64,000 nt of DNA, taken from NCBI GenBank assembly GCA_964035545.1, contig OZ037769.1, positions 14,724,633 to 14,788,632 on the forward strand, written 5' to 3'. How positions within the stretch are numbered: position 1 is the stretch's first letter; each line of letters opens with the position of its first letter. Under the pieces are notes generated by a model. It ran no database searches. It saw nothing but the letters and a program-made list of their open reading frames with translations, and was not told the origin of the DNA. The position numbers were made by a program, and so were the translations under genes. This document shows, one piece after another, positions 21,627-38,057 of this stretch. The stretch comes from Bugula neritina. Taxonomy: Eukaryota > Animalia > Bryozoa.

Positions 21627-23585
21627 ATTTCGATCACTCTGATCAAGGGTACTGAGAGAAATGTGTGAGACTGATTAAATCCTTTTACTCATATTGATAA
21701 AACTTACCAATAGAATGCAATGTCTCAAAAGCTATCTTTTCACAGCATAAGTTTCTTACGCTTTAAATGATTGGTTCCTGTTATACATAACAATAGTCTG
21801 TTCCAATATGTTCCTTTATTAAACAGAGGCTACAGAGTTATTCATTTCATCATTTCTTTTGGTATCTTTGAGAATAATTTCAATACTTTTCTCATAATAT
21901 ATTATATAATAGGACAGTTCCATTTGTTTTATATAATATATTTTTGCTTTTATTCAATAACACAGCTGTTGATGGCTTTTGTTTTCATTTTGCAAACTGT
22001 AGGCTACATCTTGTATAACAGCAGTGTTTATTTTTTTATATTTGACAGCCCACATTAAAACATAGTACGAATTCTATGTTATAATGGTGATGTGTTATAT
22101 GCTGTTATACAAACTATCTGACGGATTGAAACAAAAGAAAGAAAACTCCATTTTTACGTAATATAATTACCCAATTCTTAGATATATATATAAACTTTGC
22201 AGTAAAGAGTTACTTTCAATAACAGTTTACAACTTGAAAATCATTATTATGATCAATCAATAGAAATAATAACAAACTCTGTGAGCAGATTCTCAATTTT
22301 TTTAGAGATAAAACCAATCAATTTAAAGAAAAAAACAGATCATGCGAAATTGAATCTAATTATTAGCCAATACCAGATGTTGTCCTTTATAGACAAGGCA
22401 ACAAAGCACTAGATTGTTTCTAACAGATTAATATTATGTGTTAATTAGAATAATTGATTCAATTTTAAACTGATTTAGTTAGAAATGCAGTCAATTTGAC
22501 TATAATATACTTACAACTCCTCTACTGCTTTCTATTCAGAACTTTGGATTTGTAGATCCGTGTAGCTCAAAAGAAGCAAGACAACTCTTTATGTGAAAAC
22601 TCCTTGACTACCACCACACAGTAGTAATATGCCCACAGCTGGTGTATTTGTATGCAAATAGCATTTTTCAAGTGACACAGCAATTGTAAAGAGCATGTCC
22701 TATAATAGTGTTCACGGTATATATTGGCTCCATAGGCTATCATAAATTAATTTAGAAAATATTATTGTAGTTTACCACTAAATGCTAGGTTGTAAACTTG
22801 TATAGTGCATTATTACATGAAGCATGAGAATGAGACAACAACTCCTAACAATTACAATCACACTAATAACTTGAGTTGGTTGAAAACTGTATATGCATGA
22901 AAAAAGATACACATTTAGTTTAAACTGCATGCACAGCCTACATAAAAAGGCATGAGCCAACATTAATTATTGAATTATCTGTCAACTAATGTTGCCATAA
23001 TTTTTATAAAATTTTAATATGAAAAGATTTTAGATGTTAGCTTTTCTTGTTTAACTTATAAAATGCGGCAGCATATAAATTCTTTTATAAGTTTACACAT
23101 AAATGCAGCTATATAACTGCATGTTTTACTAGAGTATGGACAGGGTTATAGATAGCACAGAAATTCTTCCATTACCACAAAATATTATTAGGATAATCAA
23201 ACCTTTTATTAAACTTAAACAATAAAATGCATTTGCTATTCTTGCTATGATATTTAGTTTTATATTCAGTTTTATAGTACTAATTGAATTAGGCGATTAT
23301 TAAAGACATGACACCAAAAAATAAATATTATCCATACAATTTTATTATAAAATTTCTCCATTTAGTCATAATCATGTAATATTGATCTGCTGTAAAAGGT
23401 GACTACCAATAGTTTTATCTATGTTAAGCTGCTTAACAACAATTGCATAAACAATCTTTATTTTAGACTTAATAGCTTTTTTTAAACGTTATAGATACAG
23501 TTTAAAATGTTAGAAACTCCATATAAAGTTGACATTAAATTATTAGATTTAAACATATGAAATGTTATAGTTGAATTAAATTAAG

Positions 23586-26732
<3,147 letters not shown>

Positions 26733-28685
26733 ATTTCGATCACTCTGATCAAGGGTACAGAGAGAAATGTGTGAGATTGATTAAATCTTTTGTATGTATA
26801 TTTATAAAATTGACCAATGAAATTTAATGTCTCAAAGGCTTTCTTTGCATGGCATAAGATTATTTCGCTTTACATGATTAGTTCTTCTTACAGTACATGA
26901 CAATAGTCTGTTCCAATATTTAAATTTATTGAACAAAGGCTACAGAGTTATTCTATTCATTAATTCTTTTTGTATCTTGTAGAATAATTTCAATACTTTT
27001 CCCATAATATATTATATAATAAGACAGTTCTATTTGTTTTATATAATATATTTTTGCTTTTATTCAATAAAACAGCTGTTGATAGCTTTTTTGTTTTCAT
27101 TTTGCAAACTGTAGGCTACATCTTGTGTAACAGCAGTGTTTATTTTTTTATATTTGGCAGCCCAAATAAAAACATAGTACGAATTCTATGTTATAATGGT
27201 GATGTGTTATATGCTGTTATACAAACTATCTGACGGATTGAAACAAAAGAAAGAAAGCTCCATATTTACGTAATGTATAAATTACTCAATTTTTAGATAT
27301 ATAAACTTTGCAGTAAAGAGTTACTTTTAATAACAGTTTACAACTTGAAAATCATTATTATGATCAATCAATAGAAATAATGACAAACTCTGTGAGCAGA
27401 TTCTCAATTTTTCAAGATAAAACCAATCAATTTAAAGAAAAAAACAGATCATGCGATATTGAATCTTATTATTAGCCAATACCAGATGTTGTCCTTTATA
27501 GACAAGGCAACAAAGCACTAGATTGTTTCTAACAGACTAATATTATGTGTTAATTAGAATAATTGATTCAATTTTAAACTGATTTAGTTAGAAATGCAGT
27601 CAATTTGACTATAATATACTTACAACTCCTATACTGCTCTCTATTCAGAACTTTGGATTTGTAGATCCGTGTAGCTCAAAAGAAGCAAGACAACTCTATG
27701 TGAAAACTTGTTGACTACCCTCACACAGTAGGACTATTATAAATGCACACAGGTGTGTTTGTATTCAAGTAGCATTTTTCAAGTGACGCAGCAAGTTATA
27801 AGAGCTTGTTTTATAATAGTGTTCACGCTATATATTGGCTCTATAGGCTATCATAAAATTTAGAAAATATTATTGTAGTTGTCATCTAGATGCTTGCTGG
27901 CAAACTTGTATAGTGCATTATTACATGAATCATGAGAATGAGACAACAACTCCTAACAATTACAATCACACTAAAAACTTGAGTTGGTTAAAAACTGCAT
28001 GTAAAAGAAGATACACATTTAGTTTAAACTGGATGCACAGCTTACATAAAAAGACATGAGCCGACATTAATTATTGAATTATCTGTCAACTAATGTAGCT
28101 ATAATTTCTATAAATTTTAATATATGAAAAAATTTTAGATGTTAGCTTTTCTCGTTTAACTTATAAAATGCGGCAGCACATAAATTATTTTATAAGTCTA
28201 CACATAAATACAGCTATAACTCTATGTTTCACTAGAGTATGGACAAAGTAGATAGCACAGAAATTCTTCAATTACCACAAAATATTATTAGGATAGTCAA
28301 ACCTTTTATTAAACTTAAACAATAAGAAGCATTTGCTATTCTTGCTATAATATTTAGTTTTATATTTAGTTTTGTAGTACTAATGGAATTAGGTGATTAT
28401 TAAAGACATGACACCAAAAAATAAATAGTATCCATACAATTTTATTATAAAATTTTTTCATCTACTCATCATCATGTAATATTGATCTGCTGTAAAAGGT
28501 GACTACCAATAGTTTTATCCATGTTAAGCTGCTTAACAACAATTGCATAAACAATCTTTATTTTAGACTTAATAGCTTTTTTTAAACGTTATAGATACAG
28601 TTTAAAATGTTAGAAACTCCATATAAAGTTGACATTAAATTATTAGATTTAAACATATGAAATGTTATAGTTGAATTAAATTAAA

Positions 28686-29051
28686 TTATTTAGAGCAGAC
28701 GACACAAGCTAGTTCTCTATCCTCAGTATAAGGTGGACAGTGTCCAATTGTTTGATAATCACTGCAGTCTGTGAGAACAAAAAAGAAGTGAGATCCACCT
28801 CTATGGTCAGCTTGTCCAGTCACATAGTCTGGGTGTTCATCTACGCACACAAACTCTGTAGGATGGTCATATTCTTCCCATTCTGCCATTAGATAGCCTA
28901 CACGGATATATATGTATGAATGTATATATATCTATATATACATGTATATATAGATATATATATATATTTATATTTATATTTATATTTGTATTATATATAT
29001 ATATACATATATATATGTGTGTGTGTGTGTGTATATATATATGTGTATATA

Positions 29052-29125
<74 letters not shown>

Positions 29126-31517
29126 AGAGAGAGATAAAAGCTTAAGTAGCACAGGACACAGAAACACAGAACGTACTGTATTGAATTTAGAAATTACTGA
29201 TGTTGTCTAACTGGGTGCATCATTTGCTTTCATTGTATCAAAATAAATGCATGGCAAATTCTAACTGCATAAACATAAACTGTGGGTGTCTAACACACAC
29301 TTTGAAAAATTAATGGCCTCTCTTTATAAAATAGGTAGATTAAACAAATAATACCTTCATATTCCTTAGTCCAAGTGTCTGGACATGTTCTTTTTGCAGG
29401 GATCATCATAACACTTGATTTATTTTTAGCATAGCATCTGGCGCACGGAGCATTTTGTCTTGAGGCAGGACCAGGGAAAATTCCCAGACTATCAGTAACA
29501 TATTCAACTCCTCATAACTTTGCTGAAGTTGGATGGTTTTTTCCTGAAACTTTTTTATATTCTGGATTCAAAGGTAAACACTGGTAGTTGGTTCCACCAC
29601 CTGTTTTTGCACCTCTTGAATTTGCAGCAAACCCTTTGAAAAACAGCGTTGTAAAACATTCACATTATGGAACTATTTTAATTAAAATGAGTGCATATTC
29701 TGCCAACACTTTCTTTTTTTTATTTATAGAATTTTTCCAAATAATGAAAATAATCACCTTCATAAATCTTTGAAGAATTTCCTCCACAGCTTTTCTTACC
29801 CCATCTGGTGTAGGTAGCACCCAGTGCAAGGTTTGGAGTTTTGCCAGGAATTCCTTGTGACCCTTTAGCACCTTTTTCTCCTGGTGCTCCTGGTGCTCCT
29901 GGTGCTCCTGGTGCTCCTAGTGTTCCGTCTACCCCTGGGTTACCAAGTGCTCCTGGAAGACCGGTTTTTCCTGGCAGCCCTGCTTTGCCTGGTTCCCCAT
30001 CTTTTCCAGGATTGCCATCAATTCCAGGTAGTCCCTGGCTACCAGTTTGACCAGGAAGTCCGGGTAGATCGTCTCTTCCCGGTTGACCATCTCTTCCATC
30101 TCTACCAGGTGGGGCATCAACTCCTGAAATCATGTGCAAAGTATCAGCAGAAATTTAGGTCCTGGGTTTTAAAAAAAATACCTTGTGCTCACATACTGTT
30201 TGTGTCAAGCTATAAGTCACATATTCGGTGGAATAAACTTGCCATCAACTCTATTGTTCATTGGTACAGTCAATAAAACATGTTACTGGTGGTACCTTGT
30301 TTTAGATAAGTAAGCTATGCATATTAGAGGAATTCTAGCTCAATGTGCTAAAACACCTCACTTATATACTGCAAGTGTGAGAACACATAAATTCCATTGT
30401 GACAGAAGAATTTCTTATACAAAATATCTTTTGTTCAAAGAATAAAATTATCACATTATGTTAAATCAACTAAAAGAAATATATTTAATTGCATTAAAGT
30501 TTAGACTATTTCTTTTCATTGATCTTGAAAGATGATTTATATCAAAGAATTCGATCAAAAGGAAGTTCCTGATTTCATAGAGCATTGCCAACTCAAGTTC
30601 ATCTTCTTCAACAAGTGTCGGGTGATTTTTAAAGTTTTGCAGCTGTAGTTCAATCAAATTTTAATAAAATAATTCAACCATATTATACTTGATATACTCA
30701 GTAATCAGTTGGTTTTTAACTTTCTTGAAGAATATAATATCATGCAATACTAAGAAATATTACAGATAGAACAAACATTGAACCAGTTGACTAACCAACT
30801 ATTCTTAGAATCTCAATCAGCTCATTGATGTCAGTCAGTTTGATTTCCTTTTCTTCAGGTTCTGTAGAATCTGTTTTTACTCTTCCATTGATGAGCTATA
30901 ATCAAAATTGATTATTTTTTTATCACATAAGTAGCTCATTTGGACATAATTATTATATATCCGTTACTATATGGTAAGATGTGTTGAAACTGTGCAAAAC
31001 TCGTCAATTAATTGGTGCAAAATTTTAATCACATGTTATAAATATCACTCACCACATTTACTAGAGTTGATAAAGTTTCCTTCATGGAGTTCATGTCACT
31101 TTTGACTGAAGTTATCTCCCTCTGCTGAGAAATGGCCAGATCTTGATACTCAGTTACCTGTTTGTGTAGAGAGCTGATTTCTTCCTGCTGTACTTCTGCA
31201 ACTTCTTTGAAACTCTCACAGTTACATACTGATGTGTCATCAGTCAGAACCTCACCAGATGCTGCTGACAAGATGACAGCAGTGATCATCATTGCTGCTA
31301 CACTTTCTAAAAAAAGTATTACTATTATATATATAGAATAAAATGTAATAATTACACCACAGGGTTAGCTGGGGAAACACATCTCTACAGGATTGGTATT
31401 TAATAAGTTTTAGTAGCTATTGTTTTCAACTACTACCTACAGAACATATACATATAAAAATCGGATTAGAACAATTTTTCTATAAAGTTTATACTCACTA
31501 TTCTCACCTCTTCTCAT
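28686..31517 (-). pseudogene. Short-chain collagen C4-like copy 3, disabled
   Basis: In-frame TGA at 29514-29512 where other copies have CGA or CAA. First ATG lost (second ATG at 31517), Gly->Asp in the triple helix (GRD-DLP), and a deletion fusing the two collagen exons. Confidence 0.8.
28906..29119. repeat. Compound (TA)n/(TG)n microsatellite in last intron of copy 3
   Basis: Shorter paralogue of the copy-2 tract with the same flanks. Confidence 0.95.
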
Positions 31518-33377
31518 CTCTTTATTTCGGTCACTCTGATCAAGGGTACTGAGAGAAATGTGTGAGACTGATTAAATCCTTTTACTCATGTTTATAAAAC
31601 TGATCAATAGAATGCAATGTCTCAAAAGCTATCTTTGCACAGCATAAGTTTCTTACGCTTTAAATGATTGGTTCTTGTTATACATGACAATAGTCTGTTC
31701 CAAAGTTACTTTATTGAACATAGGCTACAGAGCTATTCATTTCATTATTTCTTTTTGTTTTTTGAGAATAATCTCAATATTTTTTCTCAAAATATATTAT
31801 ATAAAAGGACAGTTCTATTTGTTTTATATAATATATTTTTTCCTTTTCTTCAATAAAACAGCTGCTGATAGCTTTCGTCTTAATTTTGCAAACTGTAGGC
31901 TACATCTTATTGTAATAACGTATTGTTTATTTCTTTACATTTATAGCAAATAGCAACCCAAAGTAAAATTTATTATGATTTCTATGTTATAATGGTGATG
32001 TGTTATAATAATAAGCTTTACAGTAAAGGGTTACGTTGAATAACAGTTGGCAACTTTAAAATCATTACTATGATCAATCAATAGAAATAATGACAAACTC
32101 TGTGAGCAGATTCTCAATTTAAAAAAAAACAAATGCAAAATTAAATGTAAATATTAGCCAATACCAGATGTTGTCTTATATAGACAAAACAACAAATCAC
32201 TTGATTGTCTCTAATAGAATAATTACTTGATTAAAATGAAGTTGAATAACTGAAAGTTTAATATTATGTGTTGGAATAATTGACTCAATTTTAAACTGAT
32301 TTAGTTATAATTGCAGTCAATTTGACTATAATATTCTTACAACTTCTATATACAGCTCTCTATTCAGAACTTTGGATTTGTGTATCCACGTATATAGTAC
32401 AACATAAGCAAGACAACTCTTTATGTGAAAACTCGTTGACTACCATCACACAACAGCACTATGCATACAGGTGTATTTGTATTCAAGTAGCATTTTGCAA
32501 GTGGCACAGCAATTGTAAAGAGCATGTCTTACAATAGTGTTAATGGTATATATAGGCTCTATATCATAAAATTTAGAAAATACTGTTGTAGTTGTCATCT
32601 AAATGCTAGCTTGTAAACTTGCTTGTATGGTGCATTATATTACTGCTTATATAGCATGAGAAGGCGACAACAACTCTTAACAATCACTATTATCCTATAA
32701 AGTGAGTTGATTAAAAACTGCAGTTATAAGTGAAGTAAGAAACACATTTAATTCAAGCTGCATGCACATCTTATACGTAAAAAGCATGAATCAAAATTTG
32801 GTGTGCCTGAATTATCCCTCAACTACTATTGCTTACTTCTGTAACTTCTCAACAAAGAATAACATTTTATGGACAGGGGCTTGTATTGTTTAACTTATAA
32901 AATGCTGCAGTGTATATGTAAACGCAGATACCGAATGTTGAATATTAACAGAATGAACAGGGTAGATAGCACAGAACTTATTCAAAATAAGCAAAAATAT
33001 TATTAAGATGACCAAAACTATTGATGAATAATAAGTAGCATCTGCTCTTCTTTGTCTGATAATATATATAATTTTATATTTAGATTTATGTTATACTATT
33101 TTTATTTGATACATGTTGAGGAAAGAACACTAAAAAGCGCGTTTTGACAGTAAAATTTCAATATGTTTCTGCAACTCGTTATCAGCCAACATTTATCTGC
33201 TGGAAAGCATGATAAACAATATTATATATTTTTGCACTATGCTGTTCACGAATAACTTTTATGAAAATATTTTTATTTTTAATAATACACTCTATTTCAA
33301 AATTTATATAAATTTGTAAAAATTTAATTAGTCTCTAATAAATTTAAGCTAATGAATTGCTAGTCAAACAAATTAAA

Positions 33378-36156
33378 TTATTTAGAGCAGACCACACAAG
33401 CTAGTTCTCTATTCTCAGTATAAGGTGGACAGTGTCCAGTTGTTTGGTAATCACTGCAGTCAGTGAGGACAAAATAGAAGTGAGATCCACCTCTATTGGT
33501 AGCTTGTCCAGTCACATAGTCTGGGTGTTCGTCTACGCACACAAATTCTGTTGGATGGTCACGGTCTTCATCCTCTGCCATTAAGTACCCTACAAAGAGA
33601 GATTATTTGTTATTGATCTCCTTCTTACTCCTAAAAGTTTAATACGCAATAAATGATTGTCCGATCTTATAGCCCTTTTATTGTTATCTATGATATGAAG
33701 ATTTTTAGACATATTCATATCAAAGTGAACCAGTTATTACATAGTGCTGAAACTAATTATGTTGGAGAAATCTAAAAAAGGTTGGGTTAAACACCACTTA
33801 TAGCAAGCATTCAGTATATGTTGCTATAAAAATAGCATCTTTATAAAGTAGAAATATATAAAGTAGTTCGATCACATACCTTCATATTCCTTTGTCCAGG
33901 TGTCTGGACATGTTCTTTTTGCAGGAATCATCATGACACTTGATTTATTTTTAGCATAGCATCTGGCGCACGGAGCATTTTGATTATGAGCAGTACCCGG
34001 GAAAATTCCCAGACTTCCAGTCTCATACTCAACTCCTCGTAACTTTGCTGAAGTTGAATGATTTGTCCCTGACACTTTGTTATATTCTGGATTTAAAGGT
34101 AAACACTGGTAGTTGGTTCCACCACCCGTTTTTATTCCTCTTGAATTTGCAGCAAACCCTTTGGAAACACATAGCAAAACGTTAATAGTACGGAACTGTT
34201 TTAAACAGAATTTCAACAAATTTTTACATTTTGTAAATAATACATTGTCTCCTTATTATAAAAGTTTCTTCAAACAACAAAAAAGCTCACCTTCATAAAT
34301 CCTTGAAGCACTTCCTCCACAGCTCTTCTTTCCCCATCTGGTATAGGTAGCACCCAGTGTGAGGTTTGGAATCTTGCCAGGAATTCCTTGGGACCCTTTA
34401 GCACCTGGTGGCCCAGTTATTCCAGGTAACCCCCTTGAACCAGCAGCTCCTGCATTGTATAAACAGCAGCTTTAATACAAAAAGGACATAGAATACAAGC
34501 TTAAGTTTGTCTTTACTAAATTTTGCTCCTTCTCAGACAGAACGTAATGTTCAGTGACTATATTTATACCTTTCTGTCCTGGTGCTCCGTCTACTCCTGG
34601 TTTACCAATTGGTCCAGGAAAGCCAGTTTTTCCTGGTTCACCAACATTTCCAGCTAGTCCCTGGCTACCAGTTTGACCAGGAAGTCCAGGTAAACCGTCT
34701 CTTCCCGGTTGGCCATCTCTTCCATCTCTCCCAGGTGGGGCATCAACTCCTGAAATCATGAGCAAAGTATAAGCAGAAAGTTAGGTCTTGGGTTTTAAGA
34801 GTAATATTTTGTGCTCACTTACTGTTTATGTCAAGCTAGTCACATATTTGGTGGAATAAACTTGCTATAGATAGTATAGTCAACTCTTTTTTTTCGCTGG
34901 AACATTCAATAAAACATGTTACTGGTGGTACTTTGTTTTGGATAAGTTAACTATGCATTAGAGGAATTCTAGCTCAATGTGCTAAAACACCTCACACACT
35001 GAAAGTATGGGAACATAAAAATTCCATTGTGATGGAAGAATCTATTATACAAAATTTCTTTTGTTCAAAGAATAAAATTATTATATTATGTTAATTCATC
35101 TAAAAGAAATCTATTTAATTGCATTAAAGTTTATAGACTATTTCTTTTTGTTGATCTTGAAAGATGATTTTATCAAATAGTTCCATCTAAAAGGAAGTTC
35201 CTGATTTCATGAAACATTTTCAACTCAACTTTATATTGCCTTCAACAAGTGTTGGTGATTTTTAAAGTTTTGCAGCTGTAGTTCATAATACAAGTTCAAT
35301 AAAATAATTCAAACAGGTTATACTTGATAGAATATATACTCAGTAATCAGTTGGTTTTTAACTTTCTTAAAGAATATAATATCATGCAATACACAGAAAC
35401 CTTAAATCTGGAACAGACATTTAAACAGTTGACTCACCAACTATTCTTAGAATCTCAATCAGCTCATCAATGTCAGTCAGTTTGATTTCCTTTTCTTCAG
35501 GTTCTGTAGAATCTGTTTTTACTCTTCCATTGATGAGCTATATTCAAAATGAATTATTTTATTATCAAATAAGTAGCTTATTTGGACATAAATATTATAT
35601 ATCCGTTACTATGGTAAGATGTGTTGAAACTGTGCAAAATTCGTCAATTAATTGGTGCAAAATTCTAATCACATGTTATAAATATCACTCACCACATTTA
35701 CTAGAGTTGATAAAGTTTCCTTCATGGAGTTCATCTCACTTTTGACTGAAGTTATCTCTCTCTGCTGAGAATTAACCAGATTTTGATACTCAGTTACTTG
35801 TTTGTGTAGAGAGCTGATTTCTTCCTGCTGTACTTCTACAGCTTCTTTGAAACTCTCACAGTTACATGCTGGCGTGTCATCTGCCAGAACCTTACCAGAT
35901 GCTGCCGACAAGATGACAGCAGTGATCATCAATACTGCCACACTTTCTGCAACATTTAATGGATGATATAAAATAAGAACTTATTGTAACCACATTTAAT
36001 AAGTTTTAGTAACTGCTGACTTCAATCATTACTTATACATCCAAACTGACTTCAGCCATTACTTACATGTCGTTTTAATAATTACTTACATTTTCAGAGT
36101 TTAAAACAATTTTTTTAAAAAATACTCACTATATTCTCACCTCTTCTCATCTCCAT
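33378..36156 (-). CDS. Short-chain collagen C4-like protein, copy 4
   Basis: Same layout with the shortest collagen exon (20 triplets). A 2-nt insertion before the usual exon-1 donor means the upstream AG|GTGAGA donor or a downstream Met must be used. Confidence 0.78.
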
Positions 36157-38057
36157 ATTTCGATCACTCTGATCAAGGGTACTGAGAGAAATGTGAGACT
36201 GATTTAATCCTTTTACTCAGGTTTATAAAACTGACCAATAGAATGCAATGTCTCAAAAGTTATTTTCGCACAGCATAAGATTCTTACGCTTTACAGGATT
36301 GGTTCTTCTTACACATAATAATAGCCTGTTCCAATGTGTTACTTCATTGAATAGAGGCTATAGAGCTATTCGATTCTTTGTTTCCTTTTGTATTCTTTTG
36401 AGAATAATGTCAATACTTTTCTCATAATATATTATATAATAGGACAGTTCCTTTTATACTATATAAATCATAATATATTTTTGCTTTTATTCAATAAAAC
36501 AGTTGTTAATAGCTCTTGTTTTCATTTTGCAAACTGTAGGCTACGTATTGTTATAGCATATTGTTTATTTCTTTACATTCGGCAGCCTAAAGTAAATTAG
36601 TATAGTATGAATTCTATGTTATAATTGCTATGTGTTATATATACTCTTATATATACAAATTATCTGCTGGGTTGAAACAAAAGAAAGAAAACTCCATAAT
36701 GTAATTACCCACTGCTTAGATATATAAACTTTGCAGCAAAGAGTTACTTCCAATAACAGTTGGCAGCTTGAAAATATTTATTATGATCAATCAATAAAAA
36801 TAATGACAAACTCTGTGAGCAGATTCTCAATTTTAAGATAAAACAACAAAATTTAAAGAAAAACAGATGCGAAACTAAATCTAATTATTAGCCAATACCA
36901 GATGTTGTCTTATATAGACAAAACAACAAATCACTAGATTGTTTCTAATAGAATAATTACTTGATTAAAATGAAGTTGAATAACTAGTAGTTTAATATTA
37001 TGTGTTAGAATAATTGACTCAATTTTAAACTGATTAAGTTATAATTGCAGTCAATTTGACTATAATATACTTACAACTTCTATACTGCTCTCTATTCAGA
37101 ACTTTGGAGTTGTGTATCCACGTATATAGCACAACATAAGCAAGACAACTCTTTATGTGGGAACTTGCTGACTACCTCCACACAGTAGTAATATGCATAC
37201 AGATGTATTTGTATTCAAGTAGCATTTTGCAAGTGTTGCAGCAATTGTAAAGAGCATGTCTTACAATAGTGTTAATGGTATATATTGGCTCTATATCAGA
37301 AAATTTAGAAAATACTGTTGTAGTTGTCATCTCAATGCTAGCTTGTGAACTTGCATGTATGGTGCATTATATCACTACTTATATAGCATGAGAAGGAGAC
37401 AATAACTCTTAACAATCACTATTATTCTATAAACTGAGTTGATTAAAAACTGCAGTTATAAGTGAAGTAAGAAACACATTTAATTCAAGCTGCATGCACA
37501 TCTTATACGTAAAAATCATGAATCAAAATTTGGTGTGCCTGAATTATCCCTCAACTACTATTACTTACTTCTGTAACTTCTTAACAAAGAATAATATGTA
37601 ATCGCAGATACTGAATGTTGAATATTAACAGAATGAACAGGGTAGATAGCACAAAACTTATTCAAAATAAGCAAAAATATTATTAAGATGACCAAAACTA
37701 TTGATGAATAATAAGTAGCATCTGCTCTTCTCTGTATGATAATATATATAATTTTACATTTAGATTTATGTTATACTATTTTTATTTGATACATGTTGAG
37801 GAAAAGACACTAAAAAGTGCGTTTTGACAGTAAAATTTCAATATGTTTCTGCAACTCGTTATCAGCCAACATTGATCTGCTGGAAAGCATGATAAACAAT
37901 ATTATATATTTTTGCACTATGCTGTTCACGAATAACTTTTATGAAAATATTTTTATTTCAAATAATACACTTTATTTCAAAATTTATATAAATTTGTAAA
38001 AATTTAATTAGTCTCAAATAAATTTAAGCTAATGAATTGCTAGTCAAACAAATTAAA

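Noticed and set aside
30466-30657. 63-aa intronic ORF in collagen copy 3 as an extra coding exon
   Set aside because: Its frame is incompatible with the phase-1 donor upstream, and it is not listed as an ORF in the other copies.
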